Positions 57,058 through 64,000 of a stretch of DNA of 64,000 nt are shown here, one piece after another; the first letter of the stretch is position 1, and each line of letters begins with the position of its first letter. Made by a program: the position numbers and the translations under genes. The notes under the pieces were generated by a model, which did not search any database, was not told the DNA's origin, and saw nothing but the letters and a program-made list of their open reading frames with translations. Origin of the DNA: Planctomycetota bacterium (GTDB taxonomy: Bacteria > Planctomycetota > Brocadiia > Brocadiales > Bathyanammoxibiaceae). The stretch is taken from the NCBI GenBank assembly GCA_023261505.1, contig JAHFOV010000002.1:14136-78135 (forward strand), written 5' to 3'.

Positions 57058-58521
57058 ATGCAATCCTTGATATTATCCACCATTGGAGGACTGCTTTTGC
57101 TGTTGGGGGCTAGCATGTTCCTACCGCTAGTCATTTCTCTTTATTTCGGAAACGGCGGGGAGATAAAGGCCCTGGCCTACAGTATGTTTATAACTTTAGC
57201 GGCTGGGGGGGTGTTAAAATACTTCTTTCGCTTAAATGAGGGAGAGTTAAGCATTAGAGAGGGTTTTATTGCCGTAGTGGTAGGATGGGTAATATGCGCA
57301 TTCTTTGGAGCCCTGCCTTATATCTTCACTTCGTGCGAGACAGGCTAGCACGCTACATTTTTCGCAGGAAATTTTACTGATGCCTACTTTGAGTCCGTGA
57401 GTGGCTTCACTACTACAGGGGCTACTATTATTAAGAGCCCCGAAGCCCTACCACCCGGGCTGGCCTGCTGGAGGAGCTTTACTCAATGGTTAGGAGGCTT
57501 GGGCATTGTAGTATTTTTTATTGCCTTTTTGCCCACCACGGGGATGGCGGCCTACCGTCTTTTTGAGGTAGAGGTGCCTGGCCCTGTTTCTGAAAGGCTC
57601 CGTCCCCGCGTTGCTGCGACGGCCAGAGTATTACTGCAGATATATGTGATTCTGACAGTTTTGGAATTTGTTCTTCTATATTTAGGCGGCATGTCGGCAT
57701 TTGAGTCTCTTTGTCACACCTTTAGTACTATATCCACCGGAGGTTTTTCCACGAGGAGTTCTAGTGTTGCCGCTTATCAAAACCTCTACATAGAGGTTAT
57801 TATTACTGTATTCATGTTTCTTGGGGCTTGTAACTTTGTACTCTATTATTATCTTGGAAAGGGCGACTTTAGGCCAATCATTGGTAATCCGGAGTTGAGG
57901 TTTTTCGTTGGTCTTCTTTCGCTCACCATGCTGCTTGTAAGTCTCTCTCTGTATTTTCATGGAGACCCTTTCTTTTGTGCCTTGCGTAAAACTTCTTTTC
58001 AAGTAATTTCTGTTGCTACTACTACGGGCTTTACCACTGAAGATTACGATGCCTGGCCAGATTTTTGCCGCTTTCTCCTGGTACTGATGATGCTTACTGG
58101 AGGCTGTGCTGGCTCCACTGCCAGCGGGATAAAAAATGTGCGGCTCATGTTACTGATAAAATCCGTGGGGAGGGAATTACTCCGCCTTATTACCCCAAGG
58201 GTGGTTAAGCATGTGAAGCTCTACGGCGAGTCTGTAGAGGAGGAGGTTATTAGCAATACATTTGGGTTCTTTTTCCTTTATGTATCGCTTTTTGGACGGT
58301 TTTCTCTTATGCTGACTGCTTTTGGAAGGGATATTACCACAGCTTTTGGGGCTGTCGCAGCCTGCATGGGGAACGTGGGGCCAGGGTTAGGGGAGGTAGG
58401 GCCTAGCCTGAATTACGCCGGGCTTAGCATTATAGAGAAATGGATACTTATCTTTTGTATGCTTCTTGGGAGGCTGGAGGTCTACAGTGTTATCCTGGTG
58501 TTTCTTTATTGGAGGCGCTAG
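57058..58521 (+). pseudogene. trkH: Trk K+ transporter membrane subunit interrupted by one in-frame TAG (57346-57348)
   Basis: ORFs 57058-57348 and 57397-58521 are in the same frame. Codons after the TAG read 'HATFFAGNFTDAYFESVSGFTTTGATII', which continues the TrkH sequence. Confidence 0.7.
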
Positions 58522-58530
58522 GGGAACGCT

Positions 58531-60249
58531 CTAGAGGCAAGGTTTGGCATTTTCCAATTTATCATTCAGCGCCGCCATGAACTTTTCTAAATCTACCCCA
58601 TGGAACTGGCAGGCCGCTTCTAGAGTAACCATTTTTGCCATAGTCCGCCTGGCAACAGGGTTAGCTATCTGATGAAAGCCAAACTGAAGGAATACCTCCA
58701 TGGTTTCTGGATATTGTTCTATAACATCTGCTACTTTTGTATCTTTGGTAATCTTTTCCAGCTTCTTTGTGGGGCAAGCCTCTAAGGGTTCTTCCTTTAG
58801 ATTCATGGTTTTCCAGAGATTGTAGGCAAAAAGGCTAAGTGCGGTGACTTCTATCCATCCAGAGGCACCTACCGCAGGATAGGCTATTGCTGGATACTTG
58901 GTGACTAATAACTGGAAAAACACTCGGAGGATAATACCCAGGTTTAACAAAAAGAAGGTAAGCTCAGATAGCCTGAAGCTGTACAAGTTTACCCCTCTGA
59001 ATGTAGGAACCATCTTGGAGGAATAACCTATCATCATCATAGATATAAAGCCCACTGTTACTGCGTGGTTAGAAGACCCATGAAAAAGGTGGCCTGTAGG
59101 GGTGGATGCTCCTCCCAGGGAAGGTACAATAACCCGTATCAGTAGGCCTACTATCAACCAAAAGTAGGCGGCTCGTATAGTTTTTTCATAGCTCCTGTCC
59201 ATAATAACATCGGCCAGTTCCTTTGTAGGCTTCTCAAAGACCCTAAGGCCATAAATAAATAGGAAGATCGCCCCTGCCAGGCTGTAAGTGAGCCAGGAAG
59301 ATAGATACTCGAAAAAGTAGAGGAATATAGAGGCATTTATGACCCAAAAGGCCAGGTTAACCAGTGAGGGATTAGGCCTTGGAACGTCCAGAAAGGCGTA
59401 GACCGTCCTCAAATTTACACCAAAAATGAACATGCAGACGAAGCCAAAGAGAAAGACGTGTATTAGCTGTTTGTTAAAGGAAGAAGGTATCTCCATAGTG
59501 GAGTGCTGGTAAAGGTACAGGTCTATGTACAGGTTTTGGACTGTGGCAGCAAAGAACCAAATAAGTCCGGCTACAAAAAATTTATCAAAGATTTCTTTGG
59601 GTAATTGGCTTGATTTTACAGTTCCAAAAAGGACGTAGCAGAATATTAAGACCCCAAGTAGTTGCAACGCACCCGAGACCGGTATAAGTATAGCCAGGGA
59701 AGTTCCTGGCTGGGTCTGTAAAAGGGTCCTCAGCACAGTACCCACCAGCACCGTCCAGAAACTAAGGTAAGTAATCTTCCAGGCATAAAGGTCGGTATTC
59801 TTTACCCTAGGCAGGATGTAGTAGGCAAAACCCATGATAAAGAGGCCCACCCAGCCATAGAGCTGTGCATGGGCATGAGACTGAATAAGAATAATAGGGG
59901 GTATATAATAATCAAACTTTAGGGCAATGTAGCTAAGGAGGCCGGCACCAAAAGTGCAACCGAGCGTGAGGCAGATTATAAGGGCGGTCTTAATGTAGCG
60001 ATAGTATATAATATCTTCCACTATTGGAGGTGGGATCATTCCAGGGACTGGTCCCTTGTTTATAGCTTCCTCCAGTTCTTTCAGCAAGGTTTCCAGGTCA
60101 ACATCATGCGCTTTACAAAAGAAAGCCAAGGGTTCATTTGGTCCCCTTACCCCACCTGCTAGGATAAGCCTGTGGCGTTTGAAGACTTCAAAAGTTTGCG
60201 GGTGCTTGACTATAATGTCTTTTATGATGGAGTTTTTGTCTATTTGCAT
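58531..60249 (-). CDS. DUF1858 - NnrS-like polytopic membrane domain - DUF1858 fusion protein
   Basis: N-terminal 'IIKDIIVKHPQTFEVFKRH' and C-terminal 'VADVIEQYPETMEVFLQFGF...TLEAACQFHGVDLEKFMAALN' are ScdA_N/DUF1858-like. The core has about 12 TM segments with 'SHAHAQLYGWVGLFIMGFAYY', resembling the NnrS 'HAHEMLFGF' motif. Confidence 0.55.
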   Translation of the reverse strand: MQIDKNSIIKDIIVKHPQTFEVFKRHRLILAGGVRGPNEPLAFFCKAHDVDLETLLKELEEAINKGPVPGMIPPPIVEDIIYYRYIKTALIICLTLGCTFGAGLLSYIALKFDYYIPPIILIQSHAHAQLYGWVGLFIMGFAYYILPRVKNTDLYAWKITYLSFWTVLVGTVLRTLLQTQPGTSLAILIPVSGALQLLGVLIFCYVLFGTVKSSQLPKEIFDKFFVAGLIWFFAATVQNLYIDLYLYQHSTMEIPSSFNKQLIHVFLFGFVCMFIFGVNLRTVYAFLDVPRPNPSLVNLAFWVINASIFLYFFEYLSSWLTYSLAGAIFLFIYGLRVFEKPTKELADVIMDRSYEKTIRAAYFWLIVGLLIRVIVPSLGGASTPTGHLFHGSSNHAVTVGFISMMMIGYSSKMVPTFRGVNLYSFRLSELTFFLLNLGIILRVFFQLLVTKYPAIAYPAVGASGWIEVTALSLFAYNLWKTMNLKEEPLEACPTKKLEKITKDTKVADVIEQYPETMEVFLQFGFHQIANPVARRTMAKMVTLEAACQFHGVDLEKFMAALNDKLENAKPCL

Positions 60250-60992
60250 TTGAATTGGAAACCGTAGGCAAATAAAAGCATTGACATCAACGCAATGGCA
60301 GCCGTTTCAATCCTTAGAATCCTGGGGACTATGCTCACTTGAAGGCTTCCAGACCCTTTTGCCCTTTCTAGTTCTTCTTCGGTAAATCCTCCTTCTGGCC
60401 CTGTCATACAAAGAAGGGTTTTTATTTCGTTGTGTTCCCTAACAACCTCCTTTAATGGTCTCTCACCAAGCCCTGGTGAGGCAATGAGAGATAATTCATA
60501 ACGGCCCGTTTCTTCCAGAAGTGCAGAAAAAGGGGTTATTTCTTCTACCTCTGTAATATAAGTCCTTCCACATTGCTTGGAGGCCTCAATGGCTATTCTT
60601 CTCCACTTTTCCAACTTGTGAGAACCTTCTTTTTTAAACTTTACTACGCTCCTATGGCACTCCATGGGAATAAGCTTACTCACCCCTAGCTCACATGTTT
60701 TTTCCACTAGCATTTCGGCCCTTTGGCCCTTGGGTATAGAAAAGGCAAGAGTAATAGCTATCCTTGCCTCTCTATTTACTGGGACAGAATTTTCAATCTC
60801 TAACCTGGCGCTGTCCTTTCGGGTTTCTAATATCCGGGCAGTGGCCTCCATGCCCCGACCGTCGAAAAGATAGACCCTCTGGCCTGGTTTAAGCCTGAGG
60901 ACATGGAGCATGTGATGGGCCTCACCACCACCTATCCAAGCCTCACCCTCCTTAGGAAGGGATGGACAGTAAAAGCGCTCCCACCTTGACAT
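60240..60992 (-). CDS. rsmE: 16S rRNA (uracil1498-N3)-methyltransferase
   Basis: 'HHMLHVLRLKPGQ' and 'GPEGGFTEEE...LGPRILRxETA'-type SPOUT C-terminus. Confidence 0.8.
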   Translation of the reverse strand: MSRWERFYCPSLPKEGEAWIGGGEAHHMLHVLRLKPGQRVYLFDGRGMEATARILETRKDSARLEIENSVPVNREARIAITLAFSIPKGQRAEMLVEKTCELGVSKLIPMECHRSVVKFKKEGSHKLEKWRRIAIEASKQCGRTYITEVEEITPFSALLEETGRYELSLIASPGLGERPLKEVVREHNEIKTLLCMTGPEGGFTEEELERAKGSGSLQVSIVPRILRIETAAIALMSMLLFAYGFQFKCK

Positions 60993-61055
60993 AGTAATTG
61001 GTATAGGCTGGCAACCGTAAGAACGTTGACTAGGCCACCTCTTTAGCGGCTTGTT

Positions 61056-61928
61056 CTAGCTTCTTTTCTTCGGACTTCTTTTCGTTACCATGGCCATATC
61101 TATCCACTGATTCACCCAGCCAGCCACAGCAGGGCGCCCGTCACGGTAATTTCTGATGATGTTAGTAGGACAGACCTTCACACACTCACCACAAGATGTG
61201 CACTTGTTGTAGTCTATAACCGCCAGGTTGTTGGTAACGTGTATAGCATCAAAGGGGCAGACCTTCTGGCACTTCATACAGGCGATGCAGGGATTGTCGC
61301 ACTTTTTCTTTGCAGTGCCACCTTTATCCAGGTTCATGCACCTTACATGCACATATTTGGAAATAGGGAGGATTTTGTATAAGTTCTTTGGGCATATCTC
61401 AGCACACTTGCCGCAAGCAATGCAAAGGTCTTCATTTACAACGGGAAGACCATTGGGTTGCATCTTAATAGCCTTAGTGGGGCAGACTACCACACAGTCC
61501 CCGAAGCTCAAACAGCCGTACTCACAGTTTTTTTGTCCCCCCTGCACAAGGAAAGCGGCACGACAGTTGGTAACTCCACTATAATGGAACTTGTCCTTAA
61601 CATTCTTTGCACTGCACATGAGCACTGCAACGCGTTTTTCCCTCTTTTCGGCCTTTACGCCCATAACGTTACCTAGCTTCTCTGCAACCGCTTCGCCACC
61701 AGGGACACATAGGTTTACAGGAACTCCTTCCAGGGCCACAGCCTGGGCGTACTTACTGCATCCAGCGTAGCCACAGGCCCCGCAGTTTATTCCAGGTAAC
61801 GAGCCTTCAACCTGTTCCACCTTAGGGTTTACATCTACATGGAACCTTTCGCTGGCAAATGCCAGCCCTAAGCCGAAGAATAACCCAAGAAAACCCATAG
61901 AAATAAGAGCCGCTAATACCGTTTCCAT
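61056..61928 (-). CDS. rnfB: Rnf complex subunit B (membrane-anchored polyferredoxin)
   Basis: N-terminal anchor, 'CGACGYAGCSKYA' and several CxxCxxCxxxCP clusters. Confidence 0.8.
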   Translation of the reverse strand: METVLAALISMGFLGLFFGLGLAFASERFHVDVNPKVEQVEGSLPGINCGACGYAGCSKYAQAVALEGVPVNLCVPGGEAVAEKLGNVMGVKAEKREKRVAVLMCSAKNVKDKFHYSGVTNCRAAFLVQGGQKNCEYGCLSFGDCVVVCPTKAIKMQPNGLPVVNEDLCIACGKCAEICPKNLYKILPISKYVHVRCMNLDKGGTAKKKCDNPCIACMKCQKVCPFDAIHVTNNLAVIDYNKCTSCGECVKVCPTNIIRNYRDGRPAVAGWVNQWIDMAMVTKRSPKKRS

Positions 61929-61991
61929 AAAAAATCTCCTCTTTGTTATGGGTTAGTAAGGAATTTCTAACCCCTAATACCTATTATCTAT

Positions 61992-62642
61992 TTACCAACT
62001 TACCATACCAGAAAATCCCATGAAGGCCAGGGCCATAAGGGCCGTGCATACGAAGGCAATGGGCACTCCACGGAAAGACTGAGGCACGTTGAGCAAGGCC
62101 AGCCTCTCGCGGATACCCGACATGAGCAACATGGCTATTAAAAAACCAATCCCCGCCCCAAATCCTTGCACTGAGGCCTCAAGAAGGTTCAGGTGTTGAG
62201 GGGCATTAGTAGTACCCAACAAAGCTACCCCAAGCACCGCACAGTTGGTGGTTATCAGTGGTAGATATATACCAAGGCTCTCGTAAAGGGCCGGGCTTGT
62301 CTTCTTCATCACCGTCTCTACAAATTGTACCAGGGTAGCAATGACCAGAATATAGCTAATGGTCTTTAAGACATCCACCGTCCCTGTTTCCTTTACACCG
62401 GGAAGCATCAATCCAAGCAGGTTGGACTCCCCCGGCAGAAGCACGTAGTTGTACAAGAACCAGGTTACCGCTGAGGCCAGCGTCATAACAAAAGTTACTG
62501 CCATGCCCATGCCTAGGGCAGATTCTGTCTTCTGAGAAACCCCAAGGAATGGGCACAGACCCAAGAACCTGGCTACGACAAAGTTGTTAACAAAAACAAC
62601 ACTCATGATTATAGCAAAAAGAGTATTTAGTTCGCCAGTCAT
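61992..62642 (-). CDS. rnfA: Rnf complex subunit A
   Basis: 'NNFVVARFLGLCPFLGVS' and 'YLPLITTNCAVLG' are RnfA/NqrE-type. Confidence 0.85.
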   Translation of the reverse strand: MTGELNTLFAIIMSVVFVNNFVVARFLGLCPFLGVSQKTESALGMGMAVTFVMTLASAVTWFLYNYVLLPGESNLLGLMLPGVKETGTVDVLKTISYILVIATLVQFVETVMKKTSPALYESLGIYLPLITTNCAVLGVALLGTTNAPQHLNLLEASVQGFGAGIGFLIAMLLMSGIRERLALLNVPQSFRGVPIAFVCTALMALAFMGFSGMVSW

Positions 62643-63254
62643 TTATACCTTCTCCCCTCTCTGAAGCTTTCGCCAGTTGAAGTAGGCGAGGAGCAATCCA
62701 AGGACTAAAAAGGCCCCTGGGGCCATAATCATAACTGATGCGGGTTGATAGCTCTCTGCAACCCTTATCCCGAAAATGGTACCAGCTCCCATAACCTCTC
62801 TGATTGAAGATAGTATCACAAGGGCGATAGTAAAGCCTATGCCCATGCCTAGCCCGTCTACGGCCGAGCGCAACAGAGAATTCTGGCTGGCAAAGACTTC
62901 GGCACGGTACATAATAATACAGTTTACTACAATAAGAGGTATGAAGATTCCTAGAGACTCATTTATCTCCGGTGGCATGTAGGCCTTCATCACTAGTTCT
63001 ACTATCGTTACAAAGGCGGCAATGACAACAATGTAGCAGGGGATGCGTACTTCTTTCGGGACTATATTTCGGATGAGAGAGATAATTATATTGGAACAAA
63101 CCATTACAAAGATTACTGCCACACCCATAGCGAGACCATTGTTAACCGCTGTGGTTACCGCCAGGGCTGGACAGTTACCCAGAACTGCCACAAATAATGG
63201 ATTCTGGGCAAAGAAACCCTTGGTCAACTCACCCGTTAAGCTTAGCTCCTTCAT
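62643..63254 (-). CDS. rnfE: Rnf complex subunit E
   Basis: 'QNPLFVAVLGNCPALAVTT' and 'FIPLIVVNCII' are RnfE/NqrD-type. Abuts rnfA with no gap. Confidence 0.85.
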   Translation of the reverse strand: MKELSLTGELTKGFFAQNPLFVAVLGNCPALAVTTAVNNGLAMGVAVIFVMVCSNIIISLIRNIVPKEVRIPCYIVVIAAFVTIVELVMKAYMPPEINESLGIFIPLIVVNCIIMYRAEVFASQNSLLRSAVDGLGMGIGFTIALVILSSIREVMGAGTIFGIRVAESYQPASVMIMAPGAFLVLGLLLAYFNWRKLQRGEKV

Positions 63255-63273
63255 AATTTCTCCTCTACGTTTC

Positions 63274-63330
63274 GCAATTACAAATTACAGATTTCAAATT
63301 ATAAAGATTAAAATGCAATCTGCAATTTGT
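63274..63330. repeat. family C A+T-rich palindrome
   Basis: 'gcaattacaaattacagatttcaaatt...gcaatctgcaatttgt', between larC and rnfE. Confidence 0.7.
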
Positions 63331-63357
63331 CATTTTGGTATTTTTAAGGACTAGGGG

Positions 63358-64000
63358 CTAGTTCCTGACCTCTAGCTCCGTCTCCATCGCCGATTGGTAA
63401 ACCAGCCTTAGTGGAACCCCCTTTTCTTCCGCTATTCTCCGACAGTCCTCATATTCAGGGGCAATCCGTCTGAGAAGGACTCCATGACCATCCAGCCAAC
63501 CCACTTTTACCTTTACCTTGCCGTAGGGTGTATTTACTTCTGCAGACATGCGGTGGAGTTTCTTTCTTGCCACCTTGTAAGCCCTTATTCCAAAGGTGGT
63601 GGTCTCTTGGAAGAATACCATTTCTACAGCAGGCCTTGCAGCCTCAGTCACCAGGGCACTTAAAAGTATGCCTGGTCTGTTCTTTTTCATCTGTATAGGT
63701 GTCGTATACACGTCTAGAGCGCCAGCCTTGAAAAGTTTATCAATAACATATCCACATAGCTGTCCGGTCATATCATCTAGGTTAGTTTCAACCATCCAGA
63801 CTTCATCCTCCTCTGCCTTTGGGGCTAGCTCTCCAATAAGGACTCTGAGGAGGTTTGGGCATTCTGGATTTTTTCTAGAGCCAGCACCATAACCTACCTT
63901 CTCAAGGCGTAGGTCCGGGCACACGTCTACCTCTTCTGTAAGGGTTGTCAAGATAGCAGCCCCCGTAGGAGTAGTTAGTTCCTGGGTAGTACGAGCGGCG
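63358..64000 (-). CDS. larC: nickel-pincer cofactor nickel insertion protein LarC (DUF111), C-terminal part; 5' end lies outside the window
   Basis: 'TPTGAAIL', 'ETNLDDMTGQ' and 'TPIQMKKNRPG'. The reading frame stays open to the window edge. Confidence 0.75.
   Translation of the reverse strand, partial: AARTTQELTTPTGAAILTTLTEEVDVCPDLRLEKVGYGAGSRKNPECPNLLRVLIGELAPKAEEDEVWMVETNLDDMTGQLCGYVIDKLFKAGALDVYTTPIQMKKNRPGILLSALVTEAARPAVEMVFFQETTTFGIRAYKVARKKLHRMSAEVNTPYGKVKVKVGWLDGHGVLLRRIAPEYEDCRRIAEEKGVPLRLVYQSAMETELEVRN

Noticed and set aside
57346-57348. The in-frame TAG in trkH could be pyrrolysine or reassigned-codon read-through.
   Set aside because: TAG is used as an ordinary stop by several confident genes in the window, for example the ORFs ending at 1286, 2120 and 42195. 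No pyl genes are seen. The BioB-like radical SAM gene has BioB, not PylB, hallmarks.

Overview
The window is 64 kb of densely coding bacterial chromosome, with about 60 genes. I found no rRNA, tRNA, CRISPR array, transposase, integrase or phage genes. The content suggests an anaerobic, cytochrome-rich autotroph, possibly anammox (Brocadiales-like) or Nitrospirota-like, though taxonomy cannot be settled from this window. Supporting genes are an octahaem hydroxylamine-oxidoreductase (HAO) family cytochrome, System II cytochrome c maturation (ccsA, resB), rnfEAB, two 2-oxoacid:ferredoxin oxidoreductase (OFOR) clusters, two-subunit class I fumarase, archaeal-type phosphoglycerate mutase and a PEP-CTERM protein. 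Housekeeping blocks are rpmE-prfA-prmC-murA, ffh-ispF-rpsP, uvrC, pyrB/pyrI and trkA/trkH. The most unusual items are: (1) an eleven-gene central-carbon array (40783-52179) in which a secreted tandem-DUF3365 dihaem protein sits between sucC and sucD, and a GNAT domain is fused to the OFOR gamma subunit; (2) an HAO-like gene and an upstream small secreted protein that share a duplicated promoter, 5'UTR and start module; (3) at least five families of hairpin-forming intergenic repeats, one copy inserted in frame inside uvrC and another flanked by a duplicated gene 3' end; (4) a PEP-CTERM locus with a candidate sigma-54 promoter, an (ACAT)8 microsatellite and duplicated perfect Shine-Dalgarno (SD) boxes; (5) an in-frame amber codon in trkH; (6) several unusual domain fusions. 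All family calls rest on motif recognition by eye, with no searches run. Repeat coordinates are good to a few nt.
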